A stretch of 64,000 nt of DNA from Polyangiaceae bacterium (GCA_044376115.1 JBILLK010000001.1:451873-515872); one strand, 5' to 3'. Positions 1 to 9,507 are shown, counted from the stretch's first letter. Notes: a model not told the origin generated them from the letters alone. Numbers and translations are program-made.

Positions 1-1
1 G

Positions 2-727
2 CGCTTTGCATGCTGGTCGATCCATGCACTTTGCATAGCGAAACAGCTTCTTTTGGCGCTTTCGATACTCCTTGTCGATGCTGCATTTTGTAGCGTCACG
101 AACGTAGCCGTAGGTGTACGGCAGCATCTCTTTACCCTCGCAGGCGAAGTTGAATTCGTCTTCGGTGCAGAGTCGCTTTCCAGCCGATTCGCAGGCAGCT
201 TTGGCCTCGGTCCACGACACGAGTAGACTGGGAAGCTCGCCCTTCTTGTTCGGAAACTCGTAGCGGTCGACGCAGAACCTGAGCTTCCGCCGCTCGCTTG
301 AAAGACACTTGGATGGGCTCTGATACTCGAGGCAACGCTCGCTGACGGTGCTCTTGTATTTTTGGCCCTTGGCTTCGGCTTTGGCTTTCTTCCTGAGGTC
401 CGCTTCGTACTCAGGGTGATAACGGATGCAGGTTTGCTCGACCTCCGGGCAATAGTCCCCTTCGACCATCACCATGCCCTCGCGACACGAGCTTGGTCCA
501 GCGAGCGCCTCGGTCGAGGGCATCGCTGCAGAGGGCATCGCACTCATCACCGCACTCCCCGGGGATGGCGCTGACGCGACAATCTCCGAAGCGGCAGCCA
601 TTGAGGCCGTCACTGCTGCCGTACGTTCGTGGTCAGGTGTGGTGTCGGGACCATCGAGTCGCTCACCATCGCAGCTGATCGACAGCATCGTTCCGAGCGC
701 CAGCGTTTGCCGCCAAGGGGTTTTCAC
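2..727 (-). CDS. SUMF1/EgtB/PvdO (formylglycine-generating-enzyme-like) domain protein, probable lipoprotein; 3' end runs off the window
   Basis: Translated by hand because it has no stop in the window and is absent from the ORF track. GTG727 MKTPWRQTLALGTMLSISC...CREGMVMVEGDYCP...FCVDRYEFPN...VSWTEAKAACESAGKRLCTEDEFNFACEG..LPYTYG matches the FGE-sulfatase pattern (F.iD.yE, vsW.eA.a.C...GKRL.TE.E). Confidence 0.85.
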   Translation of the reverse strand, partial: MKTPWRQTLALGTMLSISCDGERLDGPDTTPDHERTAAVTASMAAASEIVASAPSPGSAVMSAMPSAAMPSTEALAGPSSCREGMVMVEGDYCPEVEQTCIRYHPEYEADLRKKAKAEAKGQKYKSTVSERCLEYQSPSKCLSSERRKLRFCVDRYEFPNKKGELPSLLVSWTEAKAACESAGKRLCTEDEFNFACEGKEMLPYTYGYVRDATKCSIDKEYRKRQKKLFRYAKCMDRPACKA

Positions 728-803
728 ACCCCGCGGATGCGGCGCCGTCAGCCAAGCGTCAAGACATCTTGCGATCCCGGCTCACTTCCAACACGATCGC
801 CGA

Positions 804-2399
804 ATGCGCCGTACCCTCCTCGTTGCGAACCTCCCGATCGTTCTCGCCAGCCTTCTACTCGGTTGCTCTTCAGACATTGATGATCTGTTTGGTGGGACGG
901 GCCCAGGGACCGGTGGGGATGACGCGGGCGGAGGTGGCTCCACAGCGGGGGGCAACAACAACGTGGGTGGGCAAGGAGCTGGCGGCCCCTCGGTTGGTGG
1001 CAGCTCGGTTGGTGGCAGCTCGGTTGGTGGTAACGGCGGCGGGGGCGCGAGCCCAAATTGTGGTGACGGCGTAGTCGACGGCAATGAAGATTGCGACGGT
1101 GCGGATCTCGCGGGCGTGTCCTGTCAGGACTTCGGCTTCAGCAACGAAGGTGGGCTCGCCTGTACCGCTCGATGCACATTTGACGCGGGCAACTGTGCGC
1201 CTGTTTGCGACGGGCAAGACGTAGAACCAGGCGAGGCCTGCGACGGAGACGACCTCAACGGCGTCACCTGCATGGACTTTGGGTTCGTGAATCCCAATGG
1301 CGCGACATGCATTCAATGCTCGGTGATCGATGCCGAGGGCTGTCAGGCTCAATGCGGTAACGGCAATATGGAGCCTGGTGAACAGTGCGACGGCCCCGTT
1401 GGAGGGCTGTTCTCTTGCACCGATTTCGGCTTCACCAACCCGACGAACGGAGCGCCGCTCTGCACCAACTGCGCCCCAGATCCCTCCAACTGCGTAGCGG
1501 TATGCGGCAATATGGACGTTGAGCCGACTGAGGGCTGCGACGACGGTAACACCGACGCCAATGACGGCTGCTCGGCGAGCTGTCAACTCGAGCAAGACTC
1601 CTGCGATCTCGCCACCCCGATCACGCAGGGCTTTGGGACCACGCAGATCACGGGGACGACCTTGTCCAGCGCGGCAGATCTCACCACCACAAGCGATGAT
1701 TGTGGCGTTAGTGCATCGGCAAAGAACAAGGTCTACGCAGTTACCGTGACCGAGGGTGGTTTCCTCACCGCATGGATCGAGCGAGCCGGCACCAACTTCG
1801 ACACGGTGCTCTACGCTCGTACGACCTGTGACAGTGACGCTTCGGAGGTACTGTGTTCCGACAGCTCGCTCATCGAGCAGAACAACTTTGTCGGTGGAGG
1901 CGAGGTCGTGTCCTTCCCGGTCGCAGACGGCACAACGATCTACCTCGTCGTGGATGGCGCCTTTTCAACAGAAGAAGGTGACTTTGCATTGAACGTTGAC
2001 CTTTCAACCGGCCAGAACTGCTTCGACCCTATTCCGCTCCCAATCTTCGCTGGCACGACCCAGAAGGTGCTTGGCTTCACCAATGGCCAAACCTCCACGG
2101 CGGCCGGAGACTGTGGCGGCTCGTTCACTGACGATGTGGTTTACGAGCTGCGTCGACGCACACCGACGATCACGAACATGGAGGTCACCTTGCCGCCCGC
2201 GGAGACTTCTTACGATTCGCTTTTGCACGTGCGCACCCAGTGCGGCGTGAGTAACAGTCAGGTTGGCTGCAGCGACGTCAACGGCAACGGCGGCGAACAG
2301 TTGAATCTCGCGTTTGTGATGAACGACACGCGATTCATGTGGGTCGACGGGGACCAAGCGAGCGGAAGCTACGCTTTGACGATCACGCCGAGCCCCTGA
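804..2399 (+). CDS. Cys-rich surface lipoprotein with myxobacterial disulfide repeats (DUF4215-like) and C-terminal PPC-like beta domains
   Basis: Start reassigned to ATG804 (MRRTLLVANLPIVLASLLLGC lipobox). Gly-rich linker, repeated CGDG..D..E.CDG motifs, VCGNMDVEPTEGCDDGNTDANDGCSASC, and FDTVLY.R..C / YLVVDG motifs. Confidence 0.8.
   Translation: MRRTLLVANLPIVLASLLLGCSSDIDDLFGGTGPGTGGDDAGGGGSTAGGNNNVGGQGAGGPSVGGSSVGGSSVGGNGGGGASPNCGDGVVDGNEDCDGADLAGVSCQDFGFSNEGGLACTARCTFDAGNCAPVCDGQDVEPGEACDGDDLNGVTCMDFGFVNPNGATCIQCSVIDAEGCQAQCGNGNMEPGEQCDGPVGGLFSCTDFGFTNPTNGAPLCTNCAPDPSNCVAVCGNMDVEPTEGCDDGNTDANDGCSASCQLEQDSCDLATPITQGFGTTQITGTTLSSAADLTTTSDDCGVSASAKNKVYAVTVTEGGFLTAWIERAGTNFDTVLYARTTCDSDASEVLCSDSSLIEQNNFVGGGEVVSFPVADGTTIYLVVDGAFSTEEGDFALNVDLSTGQNCFDPIPLPIFAGTTQKVLGFTNGQTSTAAGDCGGSFTDDVVYELRRRTPTITNMEVTLPPAETSYDSLLHVRTQCGVSNSQVGCSDVNGNGGEQLNLAFVMNDTRFMWVDGDQASGSYALTITPSP
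989..1031 (+). repeat. 15-bp tandem repeat (about 3 copies) encoding SVGGS in the Gly-rich linker
   Basis: TCGGTTGGTGGCAGC repeated in the sequence. Confidence 0.8.
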
Positions 2400-2418
2400 A
2401 GCTAACGCGGAGCTCTTC

Positions 2419-3549
2419 TCAGGGAGTGCAGGCCACCTGCTCTGGTGACTCCCCTGTGAAGAGCTCGATCTCGTCGAGGTTTTGCGGCTGGTTGATACGG
2501 GCCCAGATCGCCGCATCGTTGATGCCGAGGTGCGGGTTACCGGCCGCTTGAGCCGTCCAGAAATGTCCGCGTGCCCACGAATACCGTACGAAGCGTTGCC
2601 AATCTGGATCGGCCTTCCATTGGTTGTAGAGGCTTGCGTACTCCGTCCGGGCTACTCGCATATAGAGCTGCAGGTAGTAAAGGTGCGAAGCCGCGCCATC
2701 ACGATAGGAAACGGTACTTGTGACGTAGTCTTGCACGGTGGTGACGCAGGCTAGCCCATTGATGTAGGCCGTCAGCTCATCCCCCATCGAGATGAAGTCG
2801 TAGCTACCTTGCGTACCTGTTAGGTACGTATTGTCATAGTTCGTAGTCACGCTCCCACCCTGTTGGACCAGTGAGAGAATGGCGTTGCGTGGAAAGAAGC
2901 TCAGCTTCGGAACCTCAACCTGGTTGTCCGAGCCCATATAGTAAAGGTGCTTGTTCGGCAGCGAGAGCGCTTGATCGTAGTCATAGCCGTGCGTCTCTTC
3001 ATGGCAAGCCGTGTCGATAGCGTCGATCATGCCCTCCCAAGAGCCGAGTTCAAAGTAGGAGGGGAATGTACCGGTGAGCCACGGATCGTTCTTCATCTGA
3101 TCCATCAAATAGTGGCCATTGGGATAACGGGCATCGAGGGTTGCCAGCATCTTCTGTAGCCACTGCGAACCTACATAACTATTTTCGATATTGCTGATGT
3201 TGGCGTTGGTGAACGGTTCGTAGTAGCAGCCGTTGCCGTTGCCACCCCCCACTCCGCTTCCTCCTGCACCAGGACCGGTGGGTCCCTGAGGGCTACCGCC
3301 TTGTCCCGCGGCGCCCTGACCGGGCTCGCCGCCGGTACCCTGAGCATTACCACCCTGTGGACCTTGCCCAGTCGTAGGCGGGTGGTGACCAGTTTCCGTC
3401 GAGCCGTTGCTGCCTTGGCTCGCTCCCTGGCCTCCCTCGCCACCCTGGCTGGAGTCGTCCTCGTTGTCGTTGCGTCCAAAGATGTCTGCAGCTTTCGGCG
3501 AGCAGGCGGACATAACGAGAAGGCAGAACAACGAACCGGTTACTCGCAT
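2419..3549 (-). CDS. Lipoprotein with Gly-rich linker and HExxH motif (putative zinc metallopeptidase)
   Basis: MRVTGSLFCLLVMSAC lipobox; CHEETHG motif; downstream DELTAY (candidate third Zn ligand). Confidence 0.65.
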   Translation of the reverse strand: MRVTGSLFCLLVMSACSPKAADIFGRNDNEDDSSQGGEGGQGASQGSNGSTETGHHPPTTGQGPQGGNAQGTGGEPGQGAAGQGGSPQGPTGPGAGGSGVGGGNGNGCYYEPFTNANISNIENSYVGSQWLQKMLATLDARYPNGHYLMDQMKNDPWLTGTFPSYFELGSWEGMIDAIDTACHEETHGYDYDQALSLPNKHLYYMGSDNQVEVPKLSFFPRNAILSLVQQGGSVTTNYDNTYLTGTQGSYDFISMGDELTAYINGLACVTTVQDYVTSTVSYRDGAASHLYYLQLYMRVARTEYASLYNQWKADPDWQRFVRYSWARGHFWTAQAAGNPHLGINDAAIWARINQPQNLDEIELFTGESPEQVACTP

Positions 3550-3566
3550 AGGGCACCTCGGGAGCC

Positions 3567-3581
3567 TCACCTTGCGGGCCA
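3567..3581 (-). promoter_or_regulatory. Possible sigma54 -24/-12 promoter (non-canonical GA at -12)
   Basis: TGGCCCGCAAGGTGA on the minus strand, 17 nt before ATG3549. Confidence 0.3.
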
Positions 3582-3774
3582 ATCAACCACGGGTCAATAG
3601 CGTCAGAGAGCCGTTTTGTCGATTTAATGAGTGGGGTTTCGACTGCCAGGCCGTTTGCTCACACCTGCTAGCGGGTCCGTGCGGCGTGCTCCGAAAATTT
3701 GGGTCGCAGCCGAAAGTCATAGGCCATTCTGGGCCCTCTTCTCATATGCGGGCTGGCGGCCTATACAGCCGCCC

Positions 3775-4551
3775 ATGAAGAGACACATTTCTGTGATTGC
3801 GACTTTGATCCTCGCAGCGGCTTGTGGAGACGCAGGGTCCGGCGCAACTTCCGGCAGCGCCTCGGGCGCCAAGTCCGGCGCTCCTCAGACGAGCGCGAAG
3901 CCCGGAGCTTCTGCCAGCGCGAAGCCAACTTCGGCACCTGCTGCCAGCGCGACCGCGGAGACACCGGCACTCTCGGCATCGGCCTTGGCTTCGGCATCTG
4001 CAGCTCCTGCTGCTAGCGGGGCACCTGCCGCCGGGGGCGCGGAGTTCTCCGCCGATATCAAGCGGCTCACTGGGCTAGTCGCTAGCCCGGTCGACGTCGA
4101 GTACACCACGCTCGCGGGCTACTTCTTCAAAGCGCCCAAGGGTGCAGCGGTTACCCCAGCACCAGCACCCGGTGAGTGGAGTGAACTTACCGCTGATGGC
4201 GCGACCATGGCGTTCTTCGCCCATGCCCCGTCGGACGGCGGAGAGGGCTGCCCCAAGCTCGCCGATATGAAGGGTAAAGCAAAGGATGCAAAGACCCTCG
4301 TCGAGATCAATGAGAAGCAGAAGCCGTGGGGCAAGGAGTCGTATGGCGACGAGGTTTCTTTTTGGCTTTACGAGAAGGACGGCAAGGCTGGCTTCTACGG
4401 GCTAAAGGTCTTCAAGGGAGCCAAGGAAGCAACCACGTATTGCTTTGCAGCTGGCAAAGCTGGTGAAGCGGCCGCTCTCAAGGGTCTACTACCCAAGGAC
4501 AAGGCTGAGTTGCTCGCAGGCGTAGCGCTCGGGCTCTACAACAAGCTCTGA
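3775..4551 (+). CDS. Hypothetical lipoprotein with Ala/Ser/Pro-rich linker
   Basis: MKRHISVIATLILAAAC lipobox, low-complexity linker, globular C-terminal part; followed by a terminator. Confidence 0.75.
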   Translation: MKRHISVIATLILAAACGDAGSGATSGSASGAKSGAPQTSAKPGASASAKPTSAPAASATAETPALSASALASASAAPAASGAPAAGGAEFSADIKRLTGLVASPVDVEYTTLAGYFFKAPKGAAVTPAPAPGEWSELTADGATMAFFAHAPSDGGEGCPKLADMKGKAKDAKTLVEINEKQKPWGKESYGDEVSFWLYEKDGKAGFYGLKVFKGAKEATTYCFAAGKAGEAAALKGLLPKDKAELLAGVALGLYNKL

Positions 4552-4565
4552 TCGGTCTCGTCGGT

Positions 4566-4613
4566 AGCTGAAGACCTCGACCTCGCTCGGGGTCTTCAGC
4601 TTTGTGTTGTTTG
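4566..4613 (+). terminator. Rho-independent terminator
   Basis: Perfect 11-bp stem AGCTGAAGACC...GGTCTTCAGCT, extendable, followed by TTGTGTTGTTTG; starts 15 nt after the stop at 4551. Confidence 0.85.
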
Positions 4614-4700
4614 TTGCTTACGGAGAGCGCGTTAATTTGTTGTCCCCGAGACCAGGTCGCTGCACTTTGCTTGAGCGCGTGAATGCGCATCAGGACGTGC

Positions 4701-6125
4701 ATGCCGCTTGAGCGAGGCGAGGTCCTTGGGGGCGTTTTTGAGGTCGAGCGCTGTCTCGAGACCGAGTACGGCGTAACCACCTATCGCGCTCGTCATCTAC
4801 TTACGGGCAAACCCAGTCGGCTGCGGGTCCTCGTGCCAACGAAGTGCCCCTGGGCCAAGCCCGTCATCGATCAAGCTGCAGCCCTCGCGGCGACCAACCT
4901 CGAGGGGATGGTCCGTTGTATCGGGTTCGGTCGAGTCGGACGCAGTCAGTTCTTCTTCGCGTTCGAGTGGCATCGAGGAGATTCGGTGGCGGACCTTCTG
5001 CCCCAGCCGCTGCCGCGAGCGCAGTCCTTACGATTGGCAGCTAACGTCGCCGAAGCCTTGGGCCAGCTGCACGCCCTAGAGCTGGTTCATGGACATGTGC
5101 GCCCAGATCGGATCGCCATCGATCCGAAGAGCGATCGGGGCCCCGTTCTACTCGATGGCGTCTTTCCTGACGCCGACGGCTTGCAACTAGGTTCTGCGAG
5201 CTACATGGCCCCAGAGACCTTTATCGTAGGGCGTGAGACAGGCGCCGCCGCCGATGTTTATGCGCTTGGAGCTACTCTTTATCACGGTATTTTTGGCCGC
5301 CCACCACATGCTGGTAAAACCAGATTAGCGGTTTGGCTGCGGGCCCTATTCAATCCACTAGAACCGATTGCTTTGCTCGAAGGTGGCGACGCATTTGGTT
5401 CCTGGATCGGTCGCATGCTTGCGCCCGAGCCTCTCGAGCGACCACGCGCGGAACGTCTTTCAACCATTGCGCTCGAGGCGCTGGAGAACCGGAATCCGCG
5501 GCCGATAGAACGTGGCTCCTCTGCGATCGAGGCAGCTACTGCCGATGGCTGCATTGTCGTTGCGCGTGGCATTCCATGGAACGACGCCGACTACGCTCTG
5601 TCTCTCGACCGAGCTGTACATCACGGCGACTGTGAGAAGTTCCGCTTCGTCGACGGGTCAGCCGCGTTCCGCTTCAGGGGCACACTCGACAGCGTGATTG
5701 CGCAGAAGATCGCCCAGCTCTTGGACGTACTTTTGACCTCGCCGCGCGTTGCCGCCGTTGGGGCGGAGATGCAGGCCAACACAGTCGGCCGCGTCCTCGA
5801 TGCGCTAGCCGAGACACTCGCGATAACGCCGTCGGGCCAACAGCGTTTGAGTGAGCTGCTCGGAGAACTGGTCTCGCAGGTTCGGAAGGTCGGCAAAAAG
5901 GGGGGGACGCTCGAGCTTGACGGGCCTGCTCCCCGAGTTGGGAAGAACGGCACGTTGGTGATCGAGCCTGACCCAACGGTCCCGCAGCCGACCCTCGTTC
6001 TTGAGGTCTCCGCTGCTGACCTCGATAGCACCGACGAGAGGCCTACCATCGAAATCGCTCCAGACCCGATGCTCGTGCGAGCCTCGACCCCCGACGCCGA
6101 TTCCAGGCCGCAGAAACGTCGCTGA
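4701..6125 (+). CDS. Ser/Thr protein kinase-like protein, probable pseudokinase
   Basis: Kinase C-lobe motifs YMAPE, DVYALGATLY and PLERP are present. The catalytic loop reads HGHVRPDRI, DFG reads LDG, and no Gly-rich loop is recognisable. Confidence 0.75.
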   Translation: MPLERGEVLGGVFEVERCLETEYGVTTYRARHLLTGKPSRLRVLVPTKCPWAKPVIDQAAALAATNLEGMVRCIGFGRVGRSQFFFAFEWHRGDSVADLLPQPLPRAQSLRLAANVAEALGQLHALELVHGHVRPDRIAIDPKSDRGPVLLDGVFPDADGLQLGSASYMAPETFIVGRETGAAADVYALGATLYHGIFGRPPHAGKTRLAVWLRALFNPLEPIALLEGGDAFGSWIGRMLAPEPLERPRAERLSTIALEALENRNPRPIERGSSAIEAATADGCIVVARGIPWNDADYALSLDRAVHHGDCEKFRFVDGSAAFRFRGTLDSVIAQKIAQLLDVLLTSPRVAAVGAEMQANTVGRVLDALAETLAITPSGQQRLSELLGELVSQVRKVGKKGGTLELDGPAPRVGKNGTLVIEPDPTVPQPTLVLEVSAADLDSTDERPTIEIAPDPMLVRASTPDADSRPQKRR

Positions 6126-6256
6126 ATAGGGCCTTCGGCGGCTTCCTTCGAGGAGGCCCCGAGTCATGCTTGTTGCTGCATCGAGCTTCGGTGGAACCAG
6201 CGCCGACCAACAGAATGGCGATTGACGCAGCAACTGCGAATGAGTTCGATGGAACT

Positions 6257-7528
6257 ATGCAGTATCCGACGCTCTCCCGACGCCTTCGCAAGCCTGTCCT
6301 GACTCTTGGCCTGACAGCAGCTCTGTTGGGAGCCTGCACTCCTGGCACCGATCCGGACGGGGCGACGAGTCAGGGCGGGGACAACTCGTCCAACTCCAAC
6401 TCGAGCTCGAGCAGCGGCTTCGGCAACAACTCCGCTGACGGCGGTGGCGGGCAGGGAGCTGGCTTCGGCACCGGCGGGGGCAACACTGGAGGCGGCTGCG
6501 CGGGCGTCACCAACACCGCTGAAAAGGTGCCGCTGGATATCTTCGTCATGCTCGACAAGTCCGGGTCGATGACCGACGCAGCGTCGGGTGGAGGCACCAA
6601 GTGGGACGCCGCGGTTAGCGCACTAACCACCTTCGTCAATCAACCCGAGTCAGCGGGCATTGGAGTTGGTATTCAGTACTTTCCCCAGCCGAGCGGCAAC
6701 AGCTGCTCCGCCTCCATGTGCATGTCAGATGCAGATTGCGGGGCTGGCTGTGGACCTTGCATTGGTGTCCCAGGTTTCTTCGGCATCTGCCAAGGCTTCG
6801 CCAACAATGATTCTTGCGAGCCGGGTGATTACGCCACACCCGCAGTCGAGATCGGCCTCCTACCAGGCAATGCCAACGCGCTCATCAGTTCGATGAACGG
6901 TGAGAACCCTGACGGCGCCGGCACACCGACCCACCCTGCGCTCGACGGCGCCATTGACCATGCAACGGAGTGGGCGCTCGGTCACCCGGGCCATGTTGTC
7001 GTTGCGCTGCTCGCAACGGATGGAGACCCAACCTCCTGTGAGACAGACCTCAGTGCGATCAATTCGGTAGCGGCCAGCGGCGCCAATGCCACTCCAAAGA
7101 TCAATACCTTCGTCATTGGCGTTGGCGGTTCGGTGAATACGCTCAACGGTATCGCCGCCGCTGGCGGCACCACCGACGCCTTCATGATTGATAGCGAGCC
7201 GGATGTGCAACAAGCCTTCCTCGACGCGCTAGCGGAGATTCAAGGCCAAGCGCTGCCGTGCTCGTACTTGATTCCGCAACCTCCGCCCGGTGAGGAGATC
7301 AACTTCGGGAAGATCAACGTTTCTTACACGCCAGGCGGCGGGAGTGAGCAGGTCATTCCTTATGTTGAATCCGTCTCCGCCTGCCCCGCGAGCGGGCTCG
7401 CCTGGTATTACGACAACCCGGCGATGCCCACGCAGATCCTGCTCTGCCCGAACACCTGCTCGACGATCTCGCAGGACCCTGATGGTGAAGTGCAGATCGT
7501 CGTCGGCTGCGATACCGTAGTCGAGTGA
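6257..7528 (+). CDS. VWA-domain lipoprotein
   Basis: LLGAC lipobox; MIDAS DKSGS; GTPT; LATDG; TFVIGVG; Cys-rich inserts. Confidence 0.85.
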   Translation: MQYPTLSRRLRKPVLTLGLTAALLGACTPGTDPDGATSQGGDNSSNSNSSSSSGFGNNSADGGGGQGAGFGTGGGNTGGGCAGVTNTAEKVPLDIFVMLDKSGSMTDAASGGGTKWDAAVSALTTFVNQPESAGIGVGIQYFPQPSGNSCSASMCMSDADCGAGCGPCIGVPGFFGICQGFANNDSCEPGDYATPAVEIGLLPGNANALISSMNGENPDGAGTPTHPALDGAIDHATEWALGHPGHVVVALLATDGDPTSCETDLSAINSVAASGANATPKINTFVIGVGGSVNTLNGIAAAGGTTDAFMIDSEPDVQQAFLDALAEIQGQALPCSYLIPQPPPGEEINFGKINVSYTPGGGSEQVIPYVESVSACPASGLAWYYDNPAMPTQILLCPNTCSTISQDPDGEVQIVVGCDTVVE

Positions 7529-7541
7529 AGCCAGCCTGCGC

Positions 7542-7985
7542 GTGAAGGCAGAGCCGAGTCCCTCAGTCGAAGCCAGCAGGATCCTCGAGCTCTGCCGTGG
7601 AGATGCGCTTCGCGCCTTCGACATCATTCAGAGCCAGCATGCAACCTTGGTATTGCGAACCCAGGTGATGCTGTCTCTGAGTGGCATCGTCATCACAGTA
7701 ACCGGCTTCTCCGGTAAGGCGATCGCCTCTACCTCTCAGCTGGCCCGCGTTTCTATTACGGTTGGGTTACTCACGGTGCTCGCAGCGGCGGCCGTCCTCG
7801 TAGCCGGGGTGCTGCGGCTCAAGTGGCTGACGCAGGCACTCACCGAAGACGCTCTTTCAACCATCGTTTTTGGGATCGAGCTGCGCAATCAAAAGGCGCG
7901 CTTTCTATCGATGGGGCTCATCCTGTTTGTTACTGGCTTTGGACTTTACTGCCTAGCAATTGCTCAGTTGCTCCTCGCCCCTTGA
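7542..7985 (+). CDS. Small integral membrane protein (about 3 TM)
   Basis: Three hydrophobic segments; operon-like spacing after the VWA gene. Confidence 0.65.
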   Translation: MKAEPSPSVEASRILELCRGDALRAFDIIQSQHATLVLRTQVMLSLSGIVITVTGFSGKAIASTSQLARVSITVGLLTVLAAAAVLVAGVLRLKWLTQALTEDALSTIVFGIELRNQKARFLSMGLILFVTGFGLYCLAIAQLLLAP

Positions 7986-8001
7986 GAGCTTACAGACGCT
8001 G

Positions 8002-8292
8002 ATGCCCCGCGATATCCAACGTCTCCGCATCGTCGGTATGCTTGAAGGCGTTTCGTTCCTGCTGTTGCTTGGGATAGCGATGCCGCTCAAGTACGCGATG
8101 GACTGGCCATGGGCGGTAAAGCTGCTTGGCCCGGTGCACGGCGTGCTGTTTGTGCTCTACCTCGTGTTGGTGGTGGTTGCGTGGCGGCAACATGCCTGGG
8201 GCTTCGCGCGGGTCGTCACCTTTGCCGTCGCCAGCCTGTTGCCGTTCGGGCCTCTGCTGGTTGATCGCCAGCTCAAAACCGACTGGCGGTGA
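8002..8292 (+). CDS. DUF3817-family small membrane protein
   Basis: EGVSFLLLLGIAMPLKY, GPVHGVLF and ASLLPFG signature. Confidence 0.85.
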   Translation: MPRDIQRLRIVGMLEGVSFLLLLGIAMPLKYAMDWPWAVKLLGPVHGVLFVLYLVLVVVAWRQHAWGFARVVTFAVASLLPFGPLLVDRQLKTDWR

Positions 8293-8350
8293 GTGTGCGC
8301 TGAGGAGATGGGAAAAGCATCTTCGGCCCGCTTGGGATAAAGTGTTGGGC

Positions 8351-8737
8351 GTGGAGTTTGAGCGGGCGTGCATGGAAGCGGACGAAAGCGCGGAGAAGCT
8401 CGAGCGCATTTCCCGCTGCACCTCCAGCCGCACCGTCCAAGATGACGCCATTGCATTAGCTGCGATGTTGCGCGCTCTCGCACGTTCAGTCCGGCTAGCG
8501 GTGGTTGCCGGTCAAGACGACGACGATATTGCGGCTTTGAGCGACGAGATTCACACGGCTCGCGCGCAAGAGCAACGCCTATTGGAGCTTGCGCAAGACA
8601 CGTTGCGAGATGAGCCGCTGTCACAGCGACCAACGAGCCCGCCACCACCTGGCTATGACCTCGCGAAGGATCTGGCCGCCCCTCCCACTCCACAGCGGCT
8701 CGCGCGAATTACCGTGAAGAAGATCACCAAGTTTTAG
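8351..8737 (+). CDS. Hypothetical helical protein
   Basis: 3' part of ORF 8126-8737 that does not overlap other genes. Start uncertain (GTG8351, preceded by TAAAGT, or ATG8372). Confidence 0.5.
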   Translation: MEFERACMEADESAEKLERISRCTSSRTVQDDAIALAAMLRALARSVRLAVVAGQDDDDIAALSDEIHTARAQEQRLLELAQDTLRDEPLSQRPTSPPPPGYDLAKDLAAPPTPQRLARITVKKITKF

Positions 8738-8754
8738 CTCTCCAGTTTCGACGG

Positions 8755-9507
8755 TTACTGACAGACCCCGCAGCCTTCCACCTGCATGAACTGCACGCAG
8801 ACGTCGTCCCACTCAACGTCACAACAGTACGGGTCGAAGTCGCACAGACACTGTTCAATCTGCGCATCCTCCGCACACCCCGGGGAGTTGCTCGCTGTAC
8901 AACAAGGGCCTGTTCCGCCGCCGCTGCCCACGCCCCCCGAGGGGTCACCGCCGCTGCCGACACCGCCCGAAGGGTCACCGCCAGCACCGCCACTCGGGTC
9001 GCCACCGGTCCCTCCGCCAGAAGGGCCTCCGTTGGATGAAGATCCGCCACACGAACCACAGCCTGCAGAGTCAACCAGCTCAACACAGGTTTCGTCCCAT
9101 TCGGTGCTGCAGCAGTAGTCGTCCTGATCGCAGACGCACTGTTCAATAGCGGCGTCCTCACCGCAGCCAGCGGCACCTGGCGTTGCGGTACAACATCCAC
9201 CCGTTGAAGCAGCGCCTCCCTGGCCGGCTCCAGAACCACTACCAGTGGGTCCGGACGAGCCATTCCCGCTGTTTGCACCGCCGTTACCCGATCCACTTCC
9301 GTTGCCCGATCCGCTTCCGTTTCCGGGGCCGCTGCCCGGCCCGCCATTACCAGGCCCGCTACCGTTACCGTTGCCCGGCCCACTCCCATTGCTGAACGAG
9401 TTGTCGGCTCCACCGCTTCCTGAGCCGTCTTCAGCCAGATTGGAGCCGGTGACACAGGCCAGACTCGTGGACAGGAGCAGCCAATGAGCATGACGTTGGA
9501 GGATCAT
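8755..9507 (-). CDS. Gly-rich lipoprotein with two copies of a 10-Cys module
   Basis: LSTSLAC lipobox; GSGPGN repeats; CC...C..D..IEQC.CD.D.YCC..EWD..CV...GCG.C occurs twice. Confidence 0.8.
   Translation of the reverse strand: MILQRHAHWLLLSTSLACVTGSNLAEDGSGSGGADNSFSNGSGPGNGNGSGPGNGGPGSGPGNGSGSGNGSGSGNGGANSGNGSSGPTGSGSGAGQGGAASTGGCCTATPGAAGCGEDAAIEQCVCDQDDYCCSTEWDETCVELVDSAGCGSCGGSSSNGGPSGGGTGGDPSGGAGGDPSGGVGSGGDPSGGVGSGGGTGPCCTASNSPGCAEDAQIEQCLCDFDPYCCDVEWDDVCVQFMQVEGCGVCQ

Noticed and set aside
474..803. N-terminal 110 aa of the 641-aa + ORF
   Set aside because: It is the antisense shadow of the minus-strand FGE gene; the lipoprotein signal starts at ATG804.
6128..6160. GC-rich hairpin after the pseudokinase
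   Set aside because: The stem is imperfect and there is no U-tract, so it is not called a terminator.
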